Below the pieces are notes generated by a model. The model saw only the letters and a list, made by a program, of their open reading frames with translations, did not search any database and was not told the origin of the DNA. From Stegostoma tigrinum (lineage: Eukaryota), in the NCBI RefSeq assembly GCF_030684315.1, contig NC_081387.1:20208678-20272677 (forward strand): a stretch of 64,000 nucleotides of DNA. The letters are read 5' to 3'. The first letter of the stretch is position 1. Each line of letters begins with the position of its first letter. The position numbers were made by a program, and so were the translations under genes. This document shows, one piece after another, positions 12,700-24,589 of the stretch.

Positions 12700-13400
12700 T
12701 TCTCTATTTCAAGGCAAGCAACATAAGTCCACTTGGGACCAGTTCACAGCTCAAATCCTCCAGTCCAGTTAATATCTTGATGAACTATCATTAGGTCTTC
12801 GCTAGTGAAATCAGACCCTTCTGATAGAGCGGCCACCAGATTTTGTGTCCAGTATTTCAGTGACCGATTAATTAATCTCTTACTCAATTTTATTATTACT
12901 TCCTGACTCTTATATCCAAGGCCACGGCAAAAAGAGACAATTATCACATATGCCTTCTTACCATACTATCAACCTGTCATGACCCTGTCACGATATGTGG
13001 ACGTGCACATCAAGGTACATTGACTTTTTGTACTTCTTAGGGTCCACACATTCATATTCAATTCCCTCATCTTGTTAGCCCTCACAAAATGAATCACCGC
13101 ACACTTGATGAGTGCTATTCTATTCCTGCTATTCCTGCTAAACCTGCTATTCTCCTGTTGATATCAATAATGTATATAACAATAGCAAAGAATAAAAGCA
13201 GCAGTCATAGGTTTCCTGTTATGAAACCAGATTTTGACCAGCTGCCTTTCCCTCTTGTCACTAAGCAAATGGCTGGCTCCAATTTACCAAAGCTCTGTTT
13301 ATTCAATGGCTCTTAACTTCTTGATGAGTCTAAATTTGCGAGACATTGTCAAAAGCCTTCCTGAAGAAGAGTAAGTCTGTATGTTCATGACATCAAAGCA
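12700..13400 (-). mobile_element. Highly decayed CR1 RT fragment
   Basis: RGLGYKSQEVII...LKYW (12744-12947) resembles CR1 RT C-terminal region. Confidence 0.5.
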
Positions 13401-13600
13401 AGTTTTGACCTGGCATTGTATCAAGGGTTCAGTGCAAAACTCGAGTCAATGGGAATGGCCGGGGTAAGGGAATTGGGGTTGGATCTGTTCGCCGTTTGGA
13501 GTCATTCCTGGCACAAAAAAAATCTTGCTGTTGGAGTCACTCATCTCAGCTGAAGGCATCGCTACAGACGTTCCTCTGTGTCTTGTTGTAGGCCCAACAA

Positions 13601-15061
13601 TCTTTTCTGAACGGGGAATAACTTTGATAATTTGAAACACAAAGCAACTTGGGAATTGCAATTAAAGAGCCTTTTTAGATTAACATGCAGGTTCAGTTGG
13701 CAATCAGGAAGCAAATATATTGTTAGCATTCATTTCAAGAATGATAAAATTCAAGAGTAGAGATGCACTGCTGAGACTATATGAGGGTCTGGTCAGACTA
13801 CATTTAGAATATTCTGGGCAGTTTTGGACTTTGCATCTAAGGAAGGATGTGCTGACATTGGAGTAGGTCCAGAGCAGATTTACAAGAATAGTCCCGGGTA
13901 TGAAGAGGTTGTCATATGAGGAGTGCTTGAGGTCTCTGGGTCTCTACTCGATGAAGTTTAGAATGATGAGGGAGTATCATTGAATCTTACAAAATGCTAT
14001 GTAGCCTGAAGAGAGTGGACATGAAGAGGAAGTTTTGGCTCGTAGGAGAGGCTAGGTCCTGAGGGTGCAGCCTCAGAATGGAAGGCAGACCCTTGCTCTG
14101 ACAATTCAGTAGATATCCAGAGAGACAGCGGGCAGTGGTGCATAAATCCTTAAAATGACACGAATAGCTGCACAAAATGATCAAGAAAGCTAATGGAATG
14201 CTGGCCTTTATACATTGATGGTTGGAGTACAAGGATAGAGCAGTTACTTTGCAGATGTACAAATCCCTCGTTGCACCCCACTTGGAGTAAGTGTACCTTA
14301 TGCGCTACATTAGGAAGGATATAAGACCAGAAGACCATGGAGCAGAATTAGATCATTCAGCCAATGGAATATGTTCCGCCATGTTCCGATGGATGTGTTT
14401 CTCCACCCCGTTCTCCTGCCTTCTTCCCATAACCCTTCCCAATGTAGATCCTATCAATCTCTTTCTCAATTGTAGTCAAAGACTTGGACTCCACACTCCA
14501 CTGCTCTTTTCAGTTCCATAGATTAACCTCTCTCTAGCTGAAGAAATTCCTCCTCATCTCGGTTCTCAAGGGTCTGCCTTCCATTCTGAGGCTGTGCGCT
14601 CAGGACCTAGACTCTACTACGAGCCAAAACATCCTCTTCACGTCCACTCTCTTCAGGCTACATAGCATTTTGTAAGATTCAATGATACTCCCTCATCATT
14701 CTAAACTTCATCGAGTACAGACCCAGAGACCTCAAACACTCTTCATATGACAACCTCTTCATACCTGGGACTATTCTTGTAAATCTCCTCTGGACCTACT
14801 CCAATGTCAGCACATCCTTCCTTAGATGCAAAGTCCAAAACTGCTCAGAATATTCTAAATGTAGTCTAACCAGAGCCTCGTATAGTCTCAGCAGTGCATC
14901 TCTACTCTTGAATTTTATCATTCTTGAAATGAATGGTAAAAATGTATTTGCTTCCTGATTGCCAACTGAACCTGCATGTTAATCTAAAGAGACTCTTTAA
15001 TTGCAATTCCCAAGTTGCTTTGTGTTTCAAATTATCGAAGTTATTCCTCGTTCAGAAAAGA
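13601..15061. repeat. Local inverted duplication of a CR1 segment: arms 13601-14095 and 14567-15061
   Basis: ~495-bp arms are reverse complements with scattered mismatches (>90% by eye); 471-bp spacer. Confidence 0.9.
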
Positions 15062-15980
15062 GTCTGCACCTCCTTTTCTCCTATCAAAGCCTATAATTTC
15101 GGACCTTTCCATCTTATATTCTTTCTGCCATGTCTTTGCTCACTGTCCTAGCCTGTCCAAGACCTTCTGCCACCTCTCCCCTTCTTCAAAAATATGTGTC
15201 CCTCTACGAATCTTCATGTAATCTGCAAAATTAGCAACAATGCCCTAAGTTCATTCCATCAGATCATTCATGTATACCAAGAATAGTTCATGTCCCAAAA
15301 CTGTCTCCAGTGGAAGTCCACTAGTCACCAGCTGCTGGCCTCAGAATGATCCTTTATCCCCACTCTCTGCCTCCTGCCAGTCAACCAGTTCCCTATCCAT
15401 GGCAATACCTTGACCTCATACCATGAGCTCTTACTTATTCAGCAGCGTTTTGCATGGCAACTTATCTCAGGTTTTCTAGAAATCCAAATAGGTTACGACC
15501 GCTGGTTCTCCTTTGTCCAACTCATTCTTTATCCCCTCAAAGAATTGTAACAAATTTGCCGTCCTCTTTGGATGAAGCTTTGGTGGCTCAGCCTTATTTT
15601 ACAATGCACTTCCAAGGACTACACAATCTCATCCTTAATAATAGATTCTAAAGTTATACACATGACTGAGATCAGACTGATTGGCCTACAGTTTCCTATC
15701 TTCTTTCCCCCTCCCTTTTTAAACAGGGTTGTTAGCCAGTTTTCCACACCTCTGGGACCCTCCTTGACTTTAGTAATTCTTGAAAGACCGCCACCTACGC
15801 TTCCACAAATTCCTATAATTTTAGACAATCTGGCCTACTGTTTCCTGGTTCACCTCTATCACCTTTCCTGAATAATGTTACATTAGCCGTTTTCCTAACC
15901 CCTGGCATCTCTCCTGCATCTTGAAAGGTTTTGAACATTAATATAAGGGTATATGCAATGACCTTCTGTGTATCCCCAAA
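14325..15980 (-). mobile_element. CR1 LINE fragments (3' tail at ~14325, RT to ~15980)
   Basis: LFKKGGGKKIGNCRPISLISV (15619-15828), ANVTLFRKGDRGEPGNSRP (15813-16013). Confidence 0.75.
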
Positions 15981-17044
15981 AGATGTCATCCCTGGATGGT
16001 TTTGAACAACCACCCTTCAGTTATTAACCAAACACTGGTAAATTGCGGTACACTCGCATGCTCTGTAAATAGTAATAATAATTTAAAAAAAACTGTGGTA
16101 ACTTCACCCAAAAGCACAATAATTAATCCCACGTTGTACAGTCTTAGAATAGCTTTCTACAACCTACACAACTGTATATTCGATATTTCTGTTGTCCAAA
16201 TGGTCGCATTATGACTTCTAAACATAGATTATGATGCTCTCAAAGTTTGTGGGGGCTGTCAAGTAAACCACTGAAGGCCAACTTCTATTTCACCTAAACC
16301 TCACAGTACTTTCCATTCGAGGTCAAAGGAAGTGGAAATTAGACGGAGACTATGAATGATCTGACATTTCAATATCCCGCAGAATACTATTTCTCAAAGT
16401 TGAGAGGGCTCTGCTGAGTACAGAAGGCATCAGCTGGGGTCGAGTACACCTCTGCAAGAAATAGCACGTTCTCGAAGGTGTGAGCTTTGAAGGAGCATTT
16501 TACAACCATGCACTTCTGCCTTCTCGTATTATCTTTGCCTGCGTCAACCTAAAAGCTGCTTGCACGGGAAGGAAAACATATTTGTGTGTTCGCTTCTGCG
16601 GTACTGTGACCAAAAGTGGATCGGCTGACTGTTTTGCTGAGCATCTTCAGTCTTCTTTATACATTACCTCGGTCTCCAATTCCAACCTGATCCCCACCCC
16701 ACTTTGAAATTCAACATCTGTAAAGTCTCGCCTTCTAAAGAGTTAACCCGGATTTTTGGAGCACCCTCATTTTCTGCGAGGATCGCGAAGACTGCCTCTT
16801 TGCTTCCGGCCCAGAACGCCTCCCTCAGTTTTCTCATTGGTCATGTTAGTGGTTCAGATCAGCGTCTTGGAGAAGTAATGGAGAGTCGCGGTTTTGGGAA
16901 TAGAATACAGTTCTGGCAGAAAAACGAAACAACTCATTTGGTCTCACAGAGTTGTGAATATTTATTTTAGTACAGAAATCGCGTCATTTATTTGATCTAC
17001 CTCAACGTGCATTACAATATTTATGGTGCCACTGTTAATTACAG

Positions 17045-17155
17045 GTGTTATAAAGGAAGCGAAGACGGCCATCACGCCGATTATGCTGGGCCTTCTGGCA
17101 TTGATAACCCTGTTCATTATGCTCCTGGCAATCTTAGTGTTGCGAGGGAAACCAG
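17045..17155 (+). CDS. Transmembrane exon of a type I membrane protein (xVIKEAKTAITPIMLGLLALITLFIMLLAILVLRGKP)
   Basis: TTACAG acceptor, CAG|GTTTGT donor, 111 nt phase1-phase1, 21-residue uncharged hydrophobic helix followed by RGK stop-transfer. Confidence 0.65.
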
Positions 17156-19109
17156 GTTTGTATCTTCGTTACACTTAAGGATTTCTCATCATGCAGTGTC
17201 CTGTTTCCAGGTATGTTATCCGTACAGGGATTCTCTCCCTGCCCATTGCCAACATTTATTAGGTAACGTGCCCAAAATGAACACATTTTCAATGGGAACA
17301 GTCATATGAAAGTTCGAAAAACGTCTACTATTTGAGAGGGACAGCCATTCTGATATGTTATCTGTTGTCGCAAACATTGGGCTCCTTAAATAATCCAGGT
17401 TTGCAGAGTATTAGCCTGGAATTTAAGTTTATCGGCCAGAAGTATTACAACAATGCCGCGATCTCCCCTTGACAAGCCTCGACCCTATACTCTACACCTA
17501 AGTGTTCAACTATAACCAGTTACCTACGGTAAATAAAGAAGTAAAACATTTAATTTTTGGATAATTGGGGAAAGTATTTTTTTCACATTTTCATATGATA
17601 ATACTGTTATTGAAGTACAGAACAGTAGGTACCATTGAGTTACAACACTTCGATGCTTAATTTTGGTAACAAGATGAATATGCTATCATTGTCAGTGGAA
17701 GATTCAAAGTTTATGTGTTGATGCCATCTGATATTTCTTGTTCAGTAGAATCTGAAAGGAACAAAGAACATTTTATTTGGCTGATCGTTTAAATAGAAGC
17801 CGAAATGAGGGTTTCACATTTATTCTTATCTAACGCATTGTATTCCATCCCTACAAGTGGCGAACTGATTTCCCCCCAATATTTCGTACTTGTGTAATTA
17901 TTTATTCCCACAGATTCCAGTGACGTGCAAGTGACGGCTGAAGTAATATCTATTAGATGTTTTAAATATTGAACGATATATTGATGTGTCAAAATTGCAA
18001 GGTCCCAGGGGTTAAACACAAACAAAATCATTGCACTTCCTGACATGACCTTGAGATAGTGAAGAAATTTGACTTTGCTCAGATTATCTTAACATGGGTA
18101 TTGAATGTTCCAAAGGCTTTTACAGGAGAAAATGTTCCTTCCATCTCCTCACATAAAAGTACATTTTTAGCTGATATTGCTGTCTTATCCCAATCAAATG
18201 ACTTGTTTGGGAATTTGCCCGTTTCCTTTTTGACGGAGACCTCACAGAAGATTAGGAGGCCGTACGGTTGCCGACGCAGTATCAGCATTAGCTAAATAGC
18301 GACTGGGTTAAAAATCTTGTGAGCATGCAATTTACGATTTTGCAGCCAATCAGAGGACTCGTATGAACTAATACAGGAAAATGAGCCGATTTCCTTTCGG
18401 TGTCAATTCGTGGAAGACAGTGTAGAGCCCAAAGCCAATGTGGAAATGTATTGCTTGATCGATTAATCCTCTTAGGAACTTCCAAGTAGCCACATCGCTG
18501 AACTTCAGCCTCTTCATCATGCTCAATTGAACGTAGAGCAAGGGAGAAGGAAGGGCCACGTGAACAGAAACTTAGGTCACGTCGAATACGCGTCCATCAA
18601 GTTACTGGGTGTGAACAGGTCACCGAGACCTTGGGGGCCTGAATGTGAAAACACCGATCCCGCGGGCCAAGTTTGAAAAGTTTCTGAGTGCGAAACTGCG
18701 ATGCTCAGGAGCATTCATAGTCTAGCAAAAGCTCATTTCCTCCCTGTAATCGAGTGATATATGTGTGTTGCTTATCCTTCTGGTAGGATTTTGCAAACCA
18801 TTTATGATTTTGTAACCCCTGTTATTCGAATATTCGCCCTATTGTGCAGCAACACATGTTGAAACGATTTGACAAACAGAAGAACTTTTGTTGCTGTTAT
18901 GGCGCACTACGCTTCTAAAAAGCCCGGACCATGCGAATGGTTAATGATGTCAATGGTGAACAATGTTAGGCTTTCCGTGGAAGCATTTTAGATGAATTTT
19001 GAACCCACCCACCCGCTCCCCGACGAAAAATATTGCGGCGGGTGCAGGCTTGTTCTGTATCTGCCAGATATTCTTTTCCCTTTAAGGCATTGCAGATTCA
19101 TCTCAGACA

Positions 19110-19232
19110 TAGTAAGAATTGCCGATGCTGGAGTCAGAGGTAACACAGTGTAGAGCTGGAGGAGCGCAGCAGGCCAGGCAGTATCAGAGGAGCAGGAAAG
19201 CTGACGTTTCGGTCGGAACCATTCTTCAGCAG
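19110..19232 (-). mobile_element. Penelope-type 3' terminal fragment with hammerhead-like motif
   Basis: Similar to the PLE termini elsewhere in window; minus strand CTGAAGA-ATGGTTCCGACC-GAAACGTC. Confidence 0.6.
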
Positions 19233-19309
19233 ATTTATCTTCCGCGCGATGAGTTGGATTCAACACAGGTGCTGCGGAAAATCCTGTAAACATTTGATCA
19301 GGAAATCAC

Positions 19310-19920
19310 GTAGAATCACAGAATATAGGAGCAAGAGTAGGTCATTTTTCCACTCAAATCTGCTACTCGTTATAATAATGGCTCATTATTCAACACATTG
19401 CCTGTTTCCACTTTTCCCCAGAACTTATGATCACTTTAGCCTCAAGTGCTATTTTCAACTTCTTCTTGAAATCATGCAATGTTTTGCCTCGACTGTGCTT
19501 TCTGAGGCAGAGAATTCCACCTCATCTAAGTCTAAAATGGTATACTATGCATCCTCCGTCTGTGGCCCCTGATTCCGGGCTCGCTGCTATCGGGAATGCC
19601 CTTACTGCGTCGATCCTCTCTAGCCCCGTTAGAATGTTATAGCTTTTTATGACATCCCCTCACATTCTTCTAAACTCCATTGAATGTAATCCTAACCGAT
19701 TCAATTTCTCCTCACACATTTGTCCCATCATCCAAGGAATTATTCTGGTAAACCACTGCACTCGCTCTACAGTAGGAATATCCTTCCTCAGATAAAGAGA
19801 CCAAAACTGCAACACAATATTACAGGTGTGATGTAACGAAAATCCTGTATAATTGTGGTTATCCTCCCCCGCATATGCAATGGAATTCCTTCGTCTGAAG
19901 GCCGACGTATCATTTGCCTC
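19310..19920 (-). mobile_element. Decayed CR1 3' fragment
   Basis: CR1 3' tail (agaatataggagcaagagtagg) followed by RT C-terminal remnants. Confidence 0.65.
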
Positions 19921-19925
19921 AGGAA

Positions 19926-20160
19926 CAAAGACAGAAGTTGCTGGAAAAGCTCAACAGGTCTGACGGCATCTGTGAAGAAAACATTAGAGTTAACATTTCA
20001 GGTCCGGTGATCTTTCCTCAGAACAGTTCTCAGGAAGGATCACTGGATCCGAAACGTTAACTCTGATTTTTTTCTTCACAGATGCTGCCAGACCTGCTGA
20101 GTTTTTCCAGAACTTCTGTTTTTGATCCTGATTCACAGCATCCGCAGTTCTTTTTGTCCC
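19926..20160. mobile_element. Palindromic PLE-derived element, second family (arms 19926-20024 / 20026-20123)
   Basis: ~98-bp imperfect inverted arms around a 1-nt centre; each arm carries CT(G/C)AGGA-stem-GAAA(C/T)GTT-AAC hammerhead-like motif; TTGCCTC at 19914-19920 and 20163-20169. Confidence 0.8.
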
Positions 20161-20818
20161 AGTTGCCTCTTTCACATTTGTGTTTCTCCTGTTTAAATTG
20201 AATTTTTGGAATGCTCCACATCGAATCACTAACTTAAAAAAAGTCCTTAGTAATGTCCTTAACAGGTCTATTTGTTCCTGACACTTCCGTTTCTCCTTGA
20301 CACGTTCATTTATTTATTTACATCCAAAGCAATTACGTCCTCCCCCAACACAAGGATGTGGTGTTTGCTGAGGGCGCTCAGGACTAACTCATCACCACTT
20401 TTCTTAAGCATTCCACGATTTCGAAATTGTCTGACTTTGAGTACTGAATTTGAGCTACGGGCCCAATAGGCTGGAACTATATTTCCCTGGAGAGTCGGAG
20501 TCTAAGGGTTGACCTTACAGAACATGAACAGGAAGGGTTTGGAGCTGTACAAGTCTATGGGTCTATGACACTATGAACGAATGAACGCCCACTTCCGCTA
20601 TTCAGTAAAGTAATAGCTCACCTTTTATCTCAAATACATTCTCCCACCTGATCCCCATATCGTTGCATTCCCTTAGACTGCAGAAATCTGTCAAATTTAT
20701 ATACTCAACAGCTGACTACCTGCAGCTTTCTGTGTGATAATGCCAATGAAATGCAACAGTTTGAGTGACTAAATTTATCCTTCATGCAATCATGAAAGAC
20801 AGACTCACGATCCTGAGC

Positions 20819-21264
20819 TGTTAGGGGCGGATATGAAAGAGGAGTCTTGAGTTTTGTGTTCAGCAGTACAATTGATTGTTATTCAAGCTCTTTTACCACA
20901 CGTGCCGGAAAGGCCAGAGACCGCTCCAAAACAGGCTTCCACGTGGGGACCAGTCACCCTCTTAGACACCACTCAGATTGAAGGAACAGTCAACGAGTCT
21001 CTGATTTCCCCAATGAGATAGAACATTTTTATACATTTCACATTAAAATAATTAAAGGCACCACTGTCATTGTTCCTTCCCCCTTAATCTAGGCATCTAA
21101 TCCCGTGAAACACTTGATCAATGCTGGACATGCCTATAGGCAGCCGGTGGTCCCCCACAATCTCGTGATGTCTACCAGATGTCGTTATCATCAGTCCTTG
21201 GGATCTTGCACTGTACCACAGAAAGTTACGTTTCAAAGTTAATAGTTATACGCTTGATGAGACA
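20819..21264 (-). mobile_element. ERV-like 3' LTR
   Basis: Minus strand TGT...ACA termini, preceded by PPT-like AAATTGGGAAA (21265-21275), internal TATAAAAA (21026-21033) and AATAAC polyA-like signal (~20878-20883); abuts a CR1 tail fragment. Confidence 0.5.
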
Positions 21265-21279
21265 TTTCCCAATTTGCTT

Positions 21280-22250
21280 ATCTTTAAGGACTGCACGAAT
21301 TCTCTTATTCATTTCTATCCCTATCAAACTCTGTTACTCATTTTATATTTCCTACTAACCGAATACAGGAGATACAAGAGGATTTTAATTCCTACTAATT
21401 GCTATAAGATTGGTAATATTGATTCTAATATAAGTTTAGTTGCATGTAAAACTGCATGGTTATACCTACTGTTAGAATTGTTTGGTTAACGAGTTGTGAG
21501 TGATTTCTTTCTCCCAGTGTTATATTCGCCTATCACTTACAGACCTTTCAAATTTTGTTATACCGTTTACTAACTTCATTATTGGATGTACAAAAGGAGA
21601 TGAATTTTCACTAATTGTAACATTTGTAATATCGGTCCCAATAAAGTTACGTGGTTCGACCGAATGTTAGAATTCTTTAGCCAATAGATTACGAGCAGCT
21701 TCCGTCCCACGTGACGTCGGAAGATTAGATAAATACTGTCCCTCTATCACCCAAGCGTACTGTAACTTATTCTGTTTCCTAAGATGAAATGTACTGACCC
21801 GACTCTGAATATTTCTACACCAACTCTTTCACCTAATAAATCAACATCTATTTTATTAATAATGCTAAAATTCAATCACTTTCACAGTTTAATGAATGTA
21901 TCTGATCTAAGATTTTTTCAAGAGATGATCTCGTCCTTACTCAATGTTATTGTGGAATTATACTTTACTATTTAATGCTTATTCCAAACTTCAGGCTGTG
22001 TGTTCTCAAATTTCTCTTGTCAGGCTATCTCTTAAAGCCGTCTGCAGCTGTTATTATTACAGAACTTTTTTAAAGTAAGCTGACTGTTTTTAAGTAAGAT
22101 TCGATATGTATCTGAGACAAGAAAATTTCACATTAATTAGTTGTTTTTCTTAAGTTCTTCTAATCAATCAGTCATAATTCCACAACCGGTTTTAGTTAAA
22201 ATTCCTCAAAAAAAATCATAGATGTAGATTCCGATGTAATTATAGATTTA
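21280..22250 (-). pseudogene. Decayed ORF upstream of the LTR (possible retroviral accessory gene)
   Basis: Long stop-poor minus-strand frames, e.g. NFSIINKIDVDLLGERVGVEIFRVGSVHFILG / QNKLQYAWVIEGQYLSNLPTSRGTEAARNLLAKEF*HSVEPRNFIGTDITNVTISENSSPFVHPIMKLVNG. Confidence 0.3.
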
Positions 22251-23190
22251 ACACACACACATAAAAATAATCAAAAGCATTAGCAGATTTAAAACAATTG
22301 CAGGCAAGAAAGAAGGGACCTCTCTCCTCTCTTAACAAGGACAGCAGCTAGGAGAATTGGAATGCATATTGAACTACACTGCATTCCCTTTGATGGGAAA
22401 ACTCAGAAGCCTTTGTCTATGTTCCAGCTTTGTTCAAGGTAGCAGACATAGTCGTCTTAGTTGAGAGACAACGGCTGCTGGTAAGGATGCAAAGTTAAAC
22501 TTCTTTCGTATTAAAATGGGCCAATCAGATCACAGCAATGAGCAAATTGCTAATATAGAGTGGCGTGCCAACTACCCAGTCATGGCTACACAATCCAGTC
22601 TTGTTGTTCAATAGTATACGGGGAGAGGGGGTGGTGGTGGGGGGGGGGGGGGTGGCGTCGTGGAGAAGGGGGAAGGAACGTATCAGGGGTACGAGAAAAA
22701 TAATAAAATAAGAAATTGTATTGTATCGAGCCAGAGAGCATTAGACTGCCCTGAGTGGTATGTCCTGAATACCTCTCCTTGCAAGCTACCAGTAAATGCT
22801 GGAATAAACAACCCCGTGCCAAAACTTGCTGTCTCCTGAAAGTTATTCCCATCCTGGATGTCCTTTCGTGTTGGGAAGGAAGCTACTCGACGTGATAGCT
22901 GCTAAATTCTTCATTTAGGTTAGTGTCTGGCAGCTGGATTACAGAGCTTGGACATTACAACAAAAAGTTCCAAGAGAAAAAAAACTTCTTTCTCAATATG
23001 CTCTAAAGACGATCCAAATTGCAAGGACGGACATTTAGTTAGAAAATCAACATTACTACTGCAGGATAGGAGATTGTTTAGCAAGTGGACTCTGGGTGGT
23101 AGAAGCTTTGCCATAGAAAATGTAACAACTAATTACAGTTGACGGTTGACTGCAAGGCTTTGTTTAAATTTTAATCCTGACAGGTTTATT

Positions 23191-23495
23191 CATAGAATCG
23201 TAGAATTCCTACAGCGTGGAAACAGGCCCTTCGGCCCAACAAATCCACACCGAACTTCAGAGTATCCGACCCAGACCCATCCCCTTGTAACCCATCTAAT
23301 CTATACACCCCTGAACACTACGGGCAATTTAGTACGGCCAATCCACCCTAACCTACACATCTTTGGACTGTGGGAGGAAACCCACACAGACACGGGGAGA
23401 ACGTGCAAATTCCACACAGACTGTTGCCCGAGGCTGGAATCGAACCCGGGCCCCTGGTTCTGTGAGGCTTCTGATTGGGCAAGGCATTGCGTGAT
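23191..23495 (-). mobile_element. tRNA-derived SINE (HE1/V-SINE type)
   Basis: Minus strand B-box GGTTCGATTCC, core TGTGTGGAATTTGCACGTTCTCCCCGTGTCTGTGTGGGTTTCC, CR1-like 3' tail. Confidence 0.85.
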
Positions 23496-23571
23496 AAATA
23501 AACCAATGAATGGTTGTCACTTTGCATTGAACTGATGCAGCCCCGATGCAATATTTCTACCAATTAGAGAC

Positions 23572-23697
23572 ATGATGTGCGGGTGCCGGTGCAGGTGGGC
23601 GAAGTCAGATGTCACATGACACCAGGTTATAGTTCAACGGTTTATTTGAAATCACAAACCATCAGAGCTTAGCCCCGTCGTCAGGTGAAGCCTTCAT
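23572..23697 (-). mobile_element. Short PLE-derived terminal element, third family, decayed hammerhead-like motif
   Basis: Minus strand CAC-CTGACGA-CGGGGCTAAGCTCT-GATGGTTT-GTG with CAC/GTG stem I; GAAA box mutated. Confidence 0.45.
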
Positions 23698-24589
23698 AGG
23701 AGTATTGGAATTGGAATTGGAATTACACTCCCTGCCATCAACGTCTCTTTCCACCAGAAGAATCCATTGCAATTGGCACCGCAGTGCTATTATTAGATTA
23801 CATATTGGTCATTGAAAGGGAGGAGCGTAAACGGCTGTAATACCAACACAGTACCAGCATGCAGCGCTCCTTCCTACAGAAAATGATAGTCTATAAAGTT
23901 ATTGCTGGTGATGTTAGCGTGTTACAATATCCATTCCATTTAGTTCATATTCATCTGAATGAAAATGCTAACTGACAAACATCGTGCCATTCAAATTCTG
24001 ACGTGAATGAAGGAATGCCAGTTTGTGCATATGGCAATGCTAATAAACTCAACAGTAGATAAGAGAATATCACGAAGAGATGTATATGCATAACGAGCAA
24101 TAACTGAGCACAAAGTGGAAACTTTCACAATTTGGAAAGTAGTAAAGACAAGGGTCAAAACATATAAACATAATTATTAACAGATCAAGATTGACTGTGA
24201 TTTGAGGCACATAGAGATAATAGACTGTAAAAATATAGCGACAAAGGAACATTATTGCCCTTCCCGGCCCTGCTATGGTTTTCAACGGGATAGCAGCATG
24301 GTTGGCTTGTACCATGACGCTGGTTTCCGTTTTCTAAGAGTTAACAATGTCACTGGATGATGGTTAACTCAGTTGACCAGAGGGCTAGCATTCTGTTGAG
24401 ATTGGCTTTAACCTTGCAAATTTTGAGCTCTTTTCACTTTTCTACCTCAGATACACTTAGATCTTAACTTCTCGCCCCTCCACGTGGTAGAATAATGGTG
24501 TAAGTTTTGTTTTGCTGTCCTCTGAATGCTCAAGGCTGATGCATCAAGATACTGAAATGAAAGGTGAAAGTGCCCGAGAAAGTCAACAC

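Larger units (their letters stand above)
1624..17972 (+). pseudogene. Candidate decayed Ig-superfamily inhibitory-type receptor gene (exon-like pieces 1624-1772, 2203-2425, 2582-~2790, 11630-11743, 17045-17155, 17440-17528, 17914-17972)
   Basis: Series of AG/GT-bounded segments with polypyrimidine tracts; Ig-like strand motifs interrupted by stops; intact TM exon; ITIM-like motifs with lesions. Phases are not all compatible, so the model is tentative. Confidence 0.35.

Noticed and set aside
22519-22560. MHC-type S-X-Y promoter module on the minus strand
   Set aside because: Y box present but X box poor, X-Y spacing too short and no downstream gene evident
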